Program-made: the position numbers and the translations under genes
DNA from: Candidatus Latescibacterota bacterium
GTDB taxonomy: Bacteria > Latescibacterota > CBDEFO01
DNA length: 64,000 bases
Assembly: GCA_965237525.1 (NCBI GenBank)
Contig: CBDEFO010000006.1
Coordinates: 96,001-160,000, forward strand
Direction of reading: 5' to 3'
In this document: positions 1-10,530 of the stretch, in pieces
How the letters are laid out: every line of letters begins with the position of its first letter
Numbering within the stretch: the stretch's first letter is position 1
The notes under the pieces: generated by a model
Told to the model about the DNA's origin: nothing
What the model saw: only the letters and a program-made list of their open reading frames with translations
Database searches by the model: none

Positions 1-144
1 CCTCCACATGAATTCGTATCCGGTCTCTTTATAGACTAAAGATACGACCTTTCCCCCGATTGACGGGATGACCTCTAATTTTATGTCTTCGTCCTCCAGA
101 CGCAGGGCTTCGAAACCCTCAACTTCGATCTTTTCTGCATTCAT
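1..144 (-). CDS. Partial gene (runs off window edge), DUF5107/aldose-1-epimerase-like N-terminus
   Basis: Manual translation MNAEKIEVEGFEALRLEDEDIKLEVIPSIGGKVVSLVYKETGYEFMWR; GGAGG RBS upstream; the 'V.P..GGKV.SL....G.E' pattern is typical of galactose-mutarotase-like folds. Confidence 0.6.
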   Translation of the reverse strand, partial: MNAEKIEVEGFEALRLEDEDIKLEVIPSIGGKVVSLVYKETGYEFMWR

Positions 145-147
145 TTT

Positions 148-1833
148 CTATCCTCCTTGTGTCACGTTCAAAAGTCGGCGCAAAAGATTGTACCAGTCCC
201 TTGCCTGATTGTGCCCTTTTGCTTCTCCAGCGTTGTAGAGAAGATAGGCGTTGTATTCCCCGATCTCTGCTCCAGATTGGATTGCTAAACCCCCATCCAC
301 TGCCTGGAACGCAGCTCTGGACCAGATCTTTTCGCCTGCCGACCTCAAATATACACCGGTACCCTGCGGATCGTACGCCCCCGGGAATCCCCGCGAATCG
401 AACGAGAGTCTCAAAGAAGCAAAGGCATCTTTGCCTCTCTCGTTGAAGAAGCCCACAAGGGCGGGGTTATTCTGCTCAAAGAACTGCCCCTCGGTGGAGA
501 CCTCTATTTCTCCTCCCTCTATCATACTCAGCGTATGAGTAAAGGCATCGTCGAAGAGCCATTCGTCGTTCCTTACGACCGCTATGTCCACTTCCTCCTC
601 GACATCGAGGCGAGATTCCATCGTAACATATGGCAGTCCACTGTAGAAGGCGTAGATAACTTCAATGGCCACAGCGGTCTGCGGGAGGGCAGGATAGATC
701 GGAGATACGGGATAACCGCATCGCTTGACTATTGTGCAGATGGGTCCCTTTACCACCTTGTAGTTCGGCGGTTCTGACCAGTGGGTGATGCGAAAGCGGA
801 GTTGATTGCTGAAATCTGGATTCCAGTGTATGCAGTTATGTTCCCCGTGCCAGGCGATGTCTAACCCGCTGTTGGGATCGTTCGACGCATCGGTTATGTT
901 GATAGTTGTCGGCTCTTGGTACCAGATTAGCACGGTCTCTCCCCATCTCATGAACTCCAGGCCTCTCAGCTGACCCATCACAGGGGAAAGGCGCGCCCGA
1001 TAGTAGCTATTTTCTATCTCTAAGGCGTATTCCTCTCCCCTCACTATTAAATCCGTCCTATACAACGGCGTCCAGCAGGCGGGTGAGAGATTTCCGTAGA
1101 GCACAAGATAGGTCTTACTCTCCCCTGCGTCTATATCTGCCAAAAAGACGATCGAACAGCTCTTTATCCTGTCGTCCGTCTTTTGTGCATAGACCTGACA
1201 CGGGATTTCCTCTGCTGATCCTTCCTCTACAATGCGGATCTCCTTTGCCATATCGCGTACTTGGTCCCCATCGAAGACGCAGTCTATATGTATCGGTTCA
1301 CTGCGTCTGGAAAGACTCTCTCTTTCCTGAACCTTGAATCGTTTGAAGAATCGCCATCCTCCCCACCATTTGACGAACTTGTCTTTGGGCAAGGTCTCTA
1401 CAAGCTCCCACGAATCCTTTGGGACGACAAGGCGATCCCTTTCGAGCCTCCTTTCATCGCGGGGCTTAGCATCTGGATCGGCCTTCTTCTTTGACCTGAC
1501 GTGCAGTCTCCCCTCAACCGGGTCGTCCTTCTCAAAGCCGAGCACATCTCTGGCTCTCTGCGACAGACGGTCGGCTGTCCACTCTGGCTCCCAGACGCAT
1601 TCTACTGTAACTTTGCCCACGCCGTCCATTTCCAGTATCTTCTGCCGAACAGGTGAGGACAGGCTGACGATCATGAGGTGTCCCCGATTGTAGACAGCGA
1701 CCGTGACGTGTACATCCCTGTCCTGGACCTTAACGTCGTAGATCAATCCCATATCCACAACGCTCAGCGGTGTCCCGAACATCTTATCTTTAAGTTCTTT
1801 CAGTTGATTCCAAACTGCATCTTCGGTGATCAT
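148..1833 (-). CDS. DUF59/MIP18 (SufT/PaaD-like) N-terminal domain fused to a large uncharacterised domain
   Basis: N-terminal 'LSVVDMGLIYDV...VWEPEWT.DRLS' DUF59 signature; likely start MITEDAVW at 1833 (ORF track starts at 1872). Confidence 0.7.
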   Translation of the reverse strand: MITEDAVWNQLKELKDKMFGTPLSVVDMGLIYDVKVQDRDVHVTVAVYNRGHLMIVSLSSPVRQKILEMDGVGKVTVECVWEPEWTADRLSQRARDVLGFEKDDPVEGRLHVRSKKKADPDAKPRDERRLERDRLVVPKDSWELVETLPKDKFVKWWGGWRFFKRFKVQERESLSRRSEPIHIDCVFDGDQVRDMAKEIRIVEEGSAEEIPCQVYAQKTDDRIKSCSIVFLADIDAGESKTYLVLYGNLSPACWTPLYRTDLIVRGEEYALEIENSYYRARLSPVMGQLRGLEFMRWGETVLIWYQEPTTINITDASNDPNSGLDIAWHGEHNCIHWNPDFSNQLRFRITHWSEPPNYKVVKGPICTIVKRCGYPVSPIYPALPQTAVAIEVIYAFYSGLPYVTMESRLDVEEEVDIAVVRNDEWLFDDAFTHTLSMIEGGEIEVSTEGQFFEQNNPALVGFFNERGKDAFASLRLSFDSRGFPGAYDPQGTGVYLRSAGEKIWSRAAFQAVDGGLAIQSGAEIGEYNAYLLYNAGEAKGHNQARDWYNLLRRLLNVTQGG

Positions 1834-2096
1834 TTGCTCTACGTCCACAATTAACACATAACACGAGACCACCCATCTACTTGCTTATGTCTACTTTACT
1901 ATGCAATCGGTCTGAACATAAGGTATTAGTTCCTTAAAGTCAAGGGCAAAAGCACGAGCGGAAAGAGGATAGACTCCCGATTTACTTAACCCCGGGAAAA
2001 ATCCCTTTACATGCACACATCTTTTTCCTATCTTTCTTAAGTATCTGGTCTATGCCATATTCTATTGCTTATCAAACAAGCCGGACGGAGATCTAT

Positions 2097-3170
2097 ATGT
2101 CAGAATACAAAGTAGCTGTGATTCCTGGGGATGGGGTGGGCATCGAAGTCACCGCTGAGGCGGTAAAGGTCTTGAAGGCTGTGGAGGAAAAAGTAAACGG
2201 CTTGAGTTTGGAGCTTACACAGTTCGACTGGGGGTCGGATCGCCTTAAGAGGATAGGAAAGATGATGCCTGAGGACGGCATCCAGATTGCATCCAAATAC
2301 GACGCAATATTCTTCGGCGCAGTGGGCGATGCCGACATTCAAGATCATATTACATTAAATGGGCTGATCCTCCCCTTAAGGAGAAAATTCGACCAGTATA
2401 TATGTTTAAGACCATCCTATCTCTACGAAGGTGTTCAATCTCCGCTTGCAGGCAAGAGCACAGGGGATATAGACTTTGTCGTAATAAGGGAGAACGTTGA
2501 AGGGGAATACTCAGACTGCGGAGGCAGAGTCTATATGCAGATGGACGACGAAGTCGCCGTGCAGACGGCCGTCTTTACGAGGAGGGGCTGTAGGAGGGTT
2601 ATGAAATATGCGTTCCAGCTTGCCAGAAAGAGGGACAAAAAGAAGAAGGTGACGTCAATCACAAAATCGAACGCCGAGGCATATTCTATGGTGATGTGGG
2701 ACGAGGTCTTCGAGGAGGTCTCCGGGGACTATGGAGACGTAGAGACCGAAACTCTATTAGTGGATGCCGCCTGTATGGACCTGATCAGGCGGCCGCAGGA
2801 TTTCGATGTGATCGTGGCCTCAAACCTCTTTGGCGACATCCTGACTGACATAGGAGCCATCATCGCAGGAAGCATGGGACTTGCCCCCAGCGGCAACATA
2901 GATCCCGAGAGGCGCTTCCCCTCCATGTTCGAGCCCGTTCACGGCGCTGCCTTCGACCTTGTCGGCAAAGGACTCGTAAATCCGATTGCCGCTATCCTTT
3001 CCGCAAAGATGATGCTCGAATTCTTCGGAGAAAACGATGGAGCAGACCTCATAGAGTCCGCCGTGAGGCGCAATCTATCCGAAGGTAGGATAAGAACAGT
3101 GGACATCGGCGGAACTTCATCCACTCAACAGGTGGGGGACGACATTACAAGACTCATATCCGAATCATAA
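2097..3170 (+). CDS. Tartrate dehydrogenase / 3-isopropylmalate dehydrogenase family decarboxylating dehydrogenase
   Basis: IPGDGVGIEV, RENVEGEY, NLFGDILTD and FEPVHGAA motifs; RBS before ATG 2097. Confidence 0.9.
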   Translation: MSEYKVAVIPGDGVGIEVTAEAVKVLKAVEEKVNGLSLELTQFDWGSDRLKRIGKMMPEDGIQIASKYDAIFFGAVGDADIQDHITLNGLILPLRRKFDQYICLRPSYLYEGVQSPLAGKSTGDIDFVVIRENVEGEYSDCGGRVYMQMDDEVAVQTAVFTRRGCRRVMKYAFQLARKRDKKKKVTSITKSNAEAYSMVMWDEVFEEVSGDYGDVETETLLVDAACMDLIRRPQDFDVIVASNLFGDILTDIGAIIAGSMGLAPSGNIDPERRFPSMFEPVHGAAFDLVGKGLVNPIAAILSAKMMLEFFGENDGADLIESAVRRNLSEGRIRTVDIGGTSSTQQVGDDITRLISES

Positions 3171-3282
3171 GCATCCACTATACATAAGGGGACGGTAGCC
3201 CCAGATTAGAACCTATCGGGGACTACCGGGAATAGACAGGACGCATCTTCTTCTGCCTCCTGTAAGCAAAAGGGGAATAAAG

Positions 3283-3480
3283 ATGGCAAACGGTTGGCTT
3301 ACTCCAGGGGAGATAAGCCAGATTCTAGGAAAAGACAAGATCGAAAAGATATTGCACGATCTGGTACAAGAAGAAAAGAGCAGGCCGGAGGTCCTTCAGC
3401 AGGTCACTGAATGGGCAAAGTGCAACGAGTACTCCGCCAGCGACTTTTTAAGGGAGATCGTAAAGAACCCGCCGAAATAG
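3283..3480 (+). CDS. Small hypothetical protein
   Basis: 65-aa ORF with AGGGG RBS, flanked by intergenic repeats. Confidence 0.6.
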   Translation: MANGWLTPGEISQILGKDKIEKILHDLVQEEKSRPEVLQQVTEWAKCNEYSASDFLREIVKNPPK

Positions 3481-3500
3481 CGTAGACAGTAGCCCCCGAT

Positions 3501-3521
3501 CCCCGATAGACTCAATCGGGG
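3501..3521. repeat. 21-bp palindrome CCCCGATAGACTCAATCGGGG (type copy of a dispersed family)
   Basis: Near-identical or variant copies at ~3200-3221, 5842-5862, 18585-18602, 34579-34600, 35147-35164, 41026-41046, 43259-43279, 45064-45082, 46959-46982 and 58940-58960. Confidence 0.9.
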
Positions 3522-3573
3522 GTAGACAGTAGACAGGCCACCTCACTCCTCCCTGTCTTCTCAAACAGTTATC

Positions 3574-4661
3574 ATGCCGGGCCATTTACGGAACATTCAC
3601 CCTGTGCTGGTGCACTTTCCACTGGCGCTCCTCATGGTAGGATTTCTATTCGACCTTGTGGCCATTTTTTGGCGATCTCAGCCTTGGATCCGCCACACCG
3701 CAACGGGGATGATCACATCGGGAACGCTCTTTCTAGTTCCTACCTATCTGACCGGCCAAAAAGCCGCAGGCGAAGCCACAAGTCCGTTTCCTCAGATGCT
3801 GGAGGTACTGGCCGAGCACGCTGACTAGGCCACTTACACGCTGTGGTTCTTCTGCGTCTATGCTATTCTTCGGCTGGCGCTGGTGGTGTTGGATCAGCTT
3901 ACAGCCGGCAAGTCCGCTGGAAGCCGCCTCCAGATCGCCGCTCTTTTGATAGGCGTCGCGGGAATTTACTTGCTCTACGAAACTGGACAGCGCGGCGGGC
4001 CTCGTCTACGAAATGAGCGTCGGAGTCCGACCCATAATTGAAGTTCCCGAAGGAGTCTTTCACAGGGAGACAGAGAAAGATACTGCAGCAGCACATCTGT
4101 CACTTCGAGTCCGACCGTAACCGGCGATGGGACGCTCCGCTGCAATTTTGAGGCGGATTCGGATGCGGCTTTCGGACAGTACTTCTCGTTTTTGGACGGT
4201 TCGGCTCTCTCCGCGTCAGTGGAAGCACAGAAAACAGTGCTGGGCCTGGAGTCGGACTTGCCGGTGCACGCCTGACCGTTCTGGATTCTGTATTTGGCGA
4301 CGTGCAGATCGATCTGATGCTGAACATAGATGACTTTAAAGGGACAGTCGGACTCGTCCACCACGTGCAGGACGCCCGAAACTGCGACTTTCTAATCACC
4401 CATGGTGACAAAACTATCCTCAGACGGATGCAGGACGGATCGGAGAAGATCTTCAGTCAAAAAAAGCTCCCCGAAAAGGGAGGATGGCGCCGATACCGCG
4501 CCGTCAGCAGCGGTAAGCACTTCAGGGGCTATCAAGATGAAAATCTTGTCGTGCACGGACACGGAGATGCCCCTAAAGCCGGAAGAGTCGTCCTTTTGAT
4601 CGAGGGGACGGGCAATCTCAGATTGGACGAGCTTGAGGTCCATCCTCTGAAAGACCACTAA
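3574..4661 (+). pseudogene. DUF2231 membrane protein with C-terminal soluble domain, inactivated
   Basis: HP.LVHFP DUF2231 motif; in-frame TAG at 3826-3828 followed by continued transmembrane coding (ATYTLWFFCVYAILRL); frameshift near 3998 (GQRGG/LVYEMSVGV); last fragment 4302-4661. Confidence 0.7.
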
Positions 4662-4753
4662 GGCTTTTTCGCTTTACCCCAGAGAAAACCCCCTAAATCA
4701 GGGACTTAAACGGCAGTTCAACAGTCAAATACTCAAGAACGGAGGATATAGAT

Positions 4754-5218
4754 ATGGCAGAATTAAAGATCGGAGATATGGCCCCTGACTTCACTCTCAA
4801 GGGCACAGGAGACACCGAGATAACTCTCAGCGACCATCGCGGGGACAAGAACGTGATGTTAGTATTCTATCCGCTGGATTTCTCCCCTACCTGCTCTGTG
4901 CAGATACCGGACTACAACGAATCTTTAGATAAATTGACAGGGACAGGAACAGCCGTAATCGCCGTAAACAGAGAGTCTCTCTATACGCACGCTGCGTGGA
5001 GCGAACACCTTGGCGGGGTAAAGTTCCCCCTCCTTTCGGATATGGACCTTTCTGTAGCCAAGAAGTACGGCGTGGCAAAGCCGCAGGGATTCACCGAGAG
5101 GGCGTTATTTCTCATAGATAAAGATGGCAAAATCGCCTTCAAGAACGTAGAGGACTCCCCTGCGGACAATACGATCACAGTCAACCAGATCGTCGCAGAG
5201 CTTGAAAAGCTACGCTGA
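4754..5218 (+). CDS. Peroxiredoxin, AhpC/TSA family (AhpE-like, 1-Cys)
   Basis: APDFTL and [10 protein letters not shown] peroxidatic motif, [11 protein letters not shown]. Confidence 0.9.
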   Translation: MAELKIGDMAPDFTLKGTGDTEITLSDHRGDKNVMLVFYPLDFSPTCSVQIPDYNESLDKLTGTGTAVIAVNRESLYTHAAWSEHLGGVKFPLLSDMDLSVAKKYGVAKPQGFTERALFLIDKDGKIAFKNVEDSPADNTITVNQIVAELEKLR

Positions 5219-5400
5219 TAACAAGTGGATTGCAAAGAGTGGACAGCAGACGTGGGAAGGAGGGATATGCCCTGGGAGGGATATGCCCTGTCTGTTGTCT
5301 GTGGGATAGCTTCGCCGACTTCGTGGATTGCTGCCGCCCAAGCAAAGCGACCAAGCCACCTCAGGATGACGATTTTAGGGAGCTTTTATGACACTGCCCT

Positions 5401-5426
5401 GTAGGGGCGAACCCATGTGTTCGCCC
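5401..5426 (+). repeat. GTAG-type REP palindrome GTAGGGGCGAA-N-TTCGCCC (type copy)
   Basis: Related copies at 11343-11365, ~17061-17089, ~18633-18658, ~34899-34924, ~43167-43189, 54570-54595, ~56861-56884 and ~59008-59034. Confidence 0.85.
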
Positions 5427-5975
5427 AATTTACCCGGATTTGATGGCAGATACGTGGGTCTGCCCCTACACATGGAGGACTTCTTTTGACTTTTGCCTTT
5501 GCAAGGACACTTCGTGCTCCGCTACCTCAACCTCACTTTCCCTAACACACCGCCGACGGCGGCTCGCCCAAGATAGTTTCTTATCTGCTATCAAAAATAC
5601 CAGGTAAGTTGGCGGAGTGGATGTTCTGTGCGGCGTCGAACTCATCTTCGTTTGACGCTGCAAACAGGAGCGTTCCGAGGGTCAGATCCAGATTGGTCTT
5701 TAGAGAATAGGTAGCCTGAACTCCGTGAAAGACGCCCCCATCCTGCAGATTGATCACGCCGTACTCCTCCCCTCTCCAAAGGGGCGTAATATCCTTGACA
5801 CGCTGAATCCACTGTAGTCTACCGCAAGATTGGAAACATCGCCCCGATTGAGTCTATCGGGGCTTACAAGCTCCTGCCAGCGGTACTCGTCCTTATCCCG
5901 TTCGCCACTAACGTTGTAGCAGCACTCCAACATAATGCAGAGTCCATCGAAAATGTGTAGTCCCTACCGGTTGAA

Positions 5976-7263
5976 TATCAAATGAAATCGGTGCACCTAA
6001 TTTGATCTTTGTTTAGAGTATTAGTAGATTAAGTTGAGTTGATTGTCTTAACTTTAATCTACGGAGTCCTATGGACAAAGAGAGATTGGCCGTATTAAGA
6101 CAAGAAGTCAACGAGATGTATTTTAAGAAAGAAATGTCAAAGCGAGAAGTTATCAAACAAGCGAGAGTTTCCAATGATTTCGTTACGGCTTGGACTAAAT
6201 CTCCGGATCAGGATTTTGCCATGGATAATCGGGGTTGGCCAAAAGGAAAAAGGCAAAAATTGGCTAAAGTTGACGAACAGAGAATCAAAGAGATTTACCA
6301 TAGCTTAGAGGACGATCCTTATCAGTTCTATTCAGGAGCCACTGTTATTGAACAAGAATGGAGGAATCGATATTCTAGCACCCCTCCTCCGTCGTTGCCG
6401 ACTATCGGCAGAATGCTTTCAGATTTAGGACTTTCCCAGAGAAGGAAGAAAGGTAAAAACAAGGGTGCATCTCGTTATCTTTGTTATCCAGAGTATACCA
6501 TTTACTATCTTTTAGGAGGCAGAGTCCTAGAATCAGACTTTATTGGTAAAAAGTATCTTACCGGCAGAACTGAGCCGGTCAACTTCGTTGGATTTTCCTT
6601 TAAGAAAGAGCCTAAGTTAAGGTATTTTCGGCGGGTTGACGGTCAAACAGCAACTAACTTTATCGAGAAGTGTCAGTCTTTCTTTGACAGGTTTGAAAAA
6701 CCAGATTTCGTTAAGGTGGACAATTGCTCGGCGACTATTGGCAGTGTTTCAGGTGAAAGGAATGTCAGCAAAGCAATGCAGTTTCTCTTGAAAAATCAAG
6801 TGATTCCGATATTTGCCGTTCCCAGAAGGCCCTTTTCTCAAGCATCTATAGAAGGCAACAATTCTGTATTTTCAAGGAAGTTCTGGAACAGAATTCAGTT
6901 CAAAAGCTTACAAGAAGTTGATCAGAAGTTAGAATGGTTTAATCTTTCATCACAGAGATACACCGGCTACCGTCCACCTAAGCAAGAGAAGTCAAACGAG
7001 AAAGATTTCATTCCCAAGACCTATTTTATCAGACAAGTCAAACAGGACACAGAACAGACAGATAAAGCCTTTATCGATGTCCTAAATGAGAAAGTATCTC
7101 TTCCCTCCTCTTACACCAACTACTTTGTCCTGGCTGAATGGAACCTAAAAGAAGAACAATTATACATCCATTTTGAAAAAGAACAGAAACCAAAGATTGT
7201 CGAAAACCTATCATTCAAGATCAATCAAAGATCGAAAGAGAAGTGCACCGATTTCATTTGATA
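5976..7263 (+). mobile_element. Insertion sequence, DDE/integrase-core type (IS481-like; family uncertain)
   Basis: Perfect 21-bp terminal inverted repeats TATCAAATGAAATCGGTGCAC (5976-5996 and 7243-7263); AT-richer than flanks; no clear target duplication. Confidence 0.85.
6071..7261 (+). CDS. Transposase (integrase-core DDE)
   Basis: HTH-like N-terminus; candidate D-D-E residues in ESDF, KVDN and SIEGNN; bounded by inverted repeats. Confidence 0.8.
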   Translation: MDKERLAVLRQEVNEMYFKKEMSKREVIKQARVSNDFVTAWTKSPDQDFAMDNRGWPKGKRQKLAKVDEQRIKEIYHSLEDDPYQFYSGATVIEQEWRNRYSSTPPPSLPTIGRMLSDLGLSQRRKKGKNKGASRYLCYPEYTIYYLLGGRVLESDFIGKKYLTGRTEPVNFVGFSFKKEPKLRYFRRVDGQTATNFIEKCQSFFDRFEKPDFVKVDNCSATIGSVSGERNVSKAMQFLLKNQVIPIFAVPRRPFSQASIEGNNSVFSRKFWNRIQFKSLQEVDQKLEWFNLSSQRYTGYRPPKQEKSNEKDFIPKTYFIRQVKQDTEQTDKAFIDVLNEKVSLPSSYTNYFVLAEWNLKEEQLYIHFEKEQKPKIVENLSFKINQRSKEKCTDFI

Positions 7264-7739
7264 AATAACCCCCCCGATAAGCCCCTGAAGAAGCTGTCCG
7301 TATATCCAAAAATGGTCTCCATCTCCCCCACACGTATAAGTCCCTTGGCCCGACACGCCTGAACCCTTTATGCCTCCGGAAAAGTCCGCTAGAAGGACAG
7401 CGTCCGGCTTAAACTTTTCGCCCACAGCAGAAAATCGAAGTTCCCGATGTTTGTGCTTATGCGGCCGGCGATGTTCGAATAGTCCCAGTCCTCCTGCGGG
7501 GCGTGGATGAGCTGTGCGTTGGAGAACGTCCTCCAAGAGGATGGCTACATCCAAAGCGGCCGATTTGCAGGGGTTGCAGCAACCCACGAAGTGGTCGGAG
7601 CAACCTCGATTCTGACGTTGACACGACTTTGATGGATGAGCTGGGTTCTGAGTTTCACCCCTCGCCATGACTCAAGACGGAAGCCAAGCAAGCCTATTTC
7701 ATTAAGACCAACTTCCTTGGTCAGTTAACAACTCTAAGA

Positions 7740-9062
7740 CTATTGTGTCCTGCCGAAGTTATCCAGAAAGATCACAAAGTCGGACAGACCAATCTCCCCG
7801 TTACCATCCAAATCGAATATAGAATTAGCTGGAGTAGCCGTCCCCCCGAACACATCCAGAAAACGCACAAAATCAGAGAGATCTACTTCATTATTCCCGT
7901 CGAAATCTCCTGCAATGCCAGGGAGATCAACCGTGCGGGAAAGGTTCAACAACACTGACACAGTATTGCTGCGATTATTAGTCACAGCCAAGTCATTATC
8001 TCCATCGCCATCTAAATCCGTGCTGAAAACTGAACTAGGATTAGACCCTGCGGCATAGTCCACGTGAGGTACAAATGTCCCATCTCCATTATTGAACAGC
8101 ACTGATACGTTAGCGCTAAACCTGTTAGCCGCAACTAAGTCATTATCTCCATCGCCATCTAAATCCGTGCTGAAAACTGAAGTAGGATTAGACCCTGCGG
8201 CATAGTCCACTCTACGCGCAAATGTCCCATCTCCGTTATTTAACAAGACGGATACATTGTTGCTGTTAGAATTCGCCGTAGCTATGTCATTGGCACCATC
8301 GCCATTTAAGTCAGTACTGAAAACTGACAAGGGATCTACTCCGACCCCATAGTCCACTCCGGGTGCAAAGTGCGCATTGCCATTATTCAACAGCACTGAG
8401 ACAGTGTTGCTTCTCCAATTCGCCACAGCTAAGTCATTATCTCCATCGACATCTAAATCCGTGCTGAAAACTGAAAACGGATCAATCCCAACAGGATAGT
8501 CCACCTTAGTGGCAAATTGCCCATCTCCATTATTTAAGAGCACTGACACAGTATCGCTGAACCGATTAGCCACAGCCAGGTCATTATCCCCATCGCCATC
8601 TAAATCCGCAATGAAAAGTGATACCGGCCACTGCCCGGTATCATAGAACACGGGAAGTGCAAACTGCCCATCTCCGTTATTCAACAACACCGATACATTA
8701 TCGCTGCCAAAATTAGTCACAGCTATGTCGTTATCCCCATCCATATCCAAATCCGCGATGAAAAGTGACTGGGGATTGATCCCGGTTTCATAGTCCATCT
8801 TAGATGCGAATTGCCCGTCTCCATTATTCAGGAGCACTGACACGCTGCTATTGATGTACTTTCTTAAGTCGCGATCAAAGGATCCCCAATTCGCTACAGC
8901 CAGGTCCTTGTCCCTATCTCCATCTAAATCCGCGATGAAAAGTGATTCGGGACTATCCCCGGTAGGATAGTTGGTAGCAGGTCCAAAACGATCCTCCGCA
9001 TAGGTGGCCGCATTCAAGGCGACTAACAGCACGAAAGCAGCATAGAGGTTTATCTGATTCAT
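7740..9062 (-). CDS. Secreted FG-GAP/VCBS repeat protein with C-terminal dockerin-like domain
   Basis: Signal peptide from MNQINLY; seven DLDGDGDNDLAVAN...SVLLNNGDG repeats; GDFDGNNEVDLSDF / DLDGNGEIGLSDF tail. Confidence 0.9.
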   Translation of the reverse strand: MNQINLYAAFVLLVALNAATYAEDRFGPATNYPTGDSPESLFIADLDGDRDKDLAVANWGSFDRDLRKYINSSVSVLLNNGDGQFASKMDYETGINPQSLFIADLDMDGDNDIAVTNFGSDNVSVLLNNGDGQFALPVFYDTGQWPVSLFIADLDGDGDNDLAVANRFSDTVSVLLNNGDGQFATKVDYPVGIDPFSVFSTDLDVDGDNDLAVANWRSNTVSVLLNNGNAHFAPGVDYGVGVDPLSVFSTDLNGDGANDIATANSNSNNVSVLLNNGDGTFARRVDYAAGSNPTSVFSTDLDGDGDNDLVAANRFSANVSVLFNNGDGTFVPHVDYAAGSNPSSVFSTDLDGDGDNDLAVTNNRSNTVSVLLNLSRTVDLPGIAGDFDGNNEVDLSDFVRFLDVFGGTATPANSIFDLDGNGEIGLSDFVIFLDNFGRTQ

Positions 9063-9251
9063 TTTAGGTCTTCTCCCCTTCGGAGTCCATCCAAGCCTTG
9101 GCAAATTCGCGTCACTTTCCATATGTGAATCGAGTAAGAATATACCTTCTACTGACGCCAAAATCAAGATAATCCCTCAATTTTTTTGTTGCGAAAGCCG
9201 AAATTTGTAGTATATTATATATCTTACCCACAGTTAGGCGGTGATGGACTT

Positions 9252-9971
9252 ATGCCCGAGATCGCTGAGAATCTAAAGAGGGTCCAGGACAGGATAGCCG
9301 AAGCCGCGGGGCGCTCAGGGCGGTCGTTCGATGACATCACGCTTGTGGCCGTGTCCAAAACAAAGACGGCACGGGAAATAGAGGAAGCTCTAAAGGCCGG
9401 AGTTGGGATCATAGGCGAAAACAGGGTCCAGGAAGCCGAAAGCAAGTGGAGCGCCATCAGCAAAGATAGTTGTGGCGAAAATTCGCCCGTAAGCTGGCAT
9501 CTGGTGGGACACCTCCAGAGAAACAAGGTTAAGAAAGCTCTACAGATCTTCGACCTTATACACTCGATGGAAAGCATAAGACTCGCCCGTGAAACAGACG
9601 AAAAAGCAAAAGCTATGGGAGTGGTCGCCCCTGCCCTGGTCCAGGTCAACACCTCAGGGGAGGAGACCAAATTCGGACTCGAACCTGAGGAAGTCATTGA
9701 TTTCTTGGGAGCTATAAGCAGATTTGATAACCTGAAGATAAAAGGATTGATGACAATGGGGGCGTTCCTTCCGAACCCGGAAGATGTGCGACCCTGCTTT
9801 GTGAACCTGAGGAAACTAAAAGAAGAAGTCCAAAGAGCACATATCCCCCACACAGATATGGAGCTCCTCTCTATGGGAATGACGGCGGATTATGAAGTCG
9901 CAATCGAGGAAGGCTCCAATATGGTCAGGATAGGAACTGCGATATTTGGCTCAAGACAGCTAAACACGTAG
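9252..9971 (+). CDS. yggS: PLP homeostasis protein
   Basis: VAVSKT, GENRVQE, WHLVGHLQRNK, LSMGMT.DY and VRIGTAIFG motifs. Confidence 0.95.
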   Translation: MPEIAENLKRVQDRIAEAAGRSGRSFDDITLVAVSKTKTAREIEEALKAGVGIIGENRVQEAESKWSAISKDSCGENSPVSWHLVGHLQRNKVKKALQIFDLIHSMESIRLARETDEKAKAMGVVAPALVQVNTSGEETKFGLEPEEVIDFLGAISRFDNLKIKGLMTMGAFLPNPEDVRPCFVNLRKLKEEVQRAHIPHTDMELLSMGMTADYEVAIEEGSNMVRIGTAIFGSRQLNT

Positions 9972-10166
9972 CCAGAGGAGATAGCTTAGCCCATTTTGTG
10001 GGCTTCTGCCTCCCCAAGAGAGCGGGCACGGCGCCTTGCAATAAAACGGTCCGTTTTCGGCTTTTGGTCATTGCTAGGGGAACTGGTCCCGAAACAATCT
10101 CATAGACAGAGCACCTCCCCCATTCCCCGCAAATGGAAAAGGTGAGAGTAACGGAAGAAAAACAAA

Positions 10167-10451
10167 ATGTTTGATCTTAGAGGCTTTTTCTACGGATTTA
10201 TTGGGATCATCGACAGTATTTTACATCTTTATATGTGGATAATAATTATCCGTGCCCTTGTCTCTTGGGTGAATCCCGATCCCTATAACCCGATAGTCCA
10301 ATTTCTATACAACATAACAGAACCGGCACTGTCGTTCGTAAGACGGCAGTTCCCAAGACTCTTGTGGGGCACGGGAATAGACCTTTCGCCGATAATCGTC
10401 ATTGTCGCTATATACGTGATACAACTCATCTTGCGATCCATAACCATTTAG
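10167..10451 (+). CDS. yggT: YggT family membrane protein
   Basis: IRALVSWVNPDPYNP..FLY.ITEP...GIDLSP. Confidence 0.95.
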   Translation: MFDLRGFFYGFIGIIDSILHLYMWIIIIRALVSWVNPDPYNPIVQFLYNITEPALSFVRRQFPRLLWGTGIDLSPIIVIVAIYVIQLILRSITI

Positions 10452-10481
10452 CATACAGTGAACGGGGAGGGGTGAAGTGCC

Positions 10482-10511
10482 CCTGTCTACTGTGTACTGT
10501 CTACTGTCTAC
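10482..10511. repeat. Heptamer tandem repeat (CTGTCTA/TAGACAG)n, type copy
   Basis: Also at ~3482-3536, 11366-11412, 17097-17110, 43093-43114, 59045-59058 and 60360-60390, usually beside REP palindromes. Confidence 0.75.
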
Positions 10512-10530
10512 TTAAACAAGAGGTGCTACC

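Larger units (their letters stand above)
5581..7545 (-). pseudogene. Degraded putative outer-membrane beta-barrel gene split by the IS at 5976-7263
   Basis: Manual translation gives matching fragments on both sides: APQEDWDYSNIAGRISTNIGNFDF...ADFSGGIKG (7545-7265) and GRDYTF..GL.IMLECCYN..GERDKDEYRW...INLQDG...YS..TNLDLTLG.LLF...DEFD (5970-5581), with frameshifts. Confidence 0.45.
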
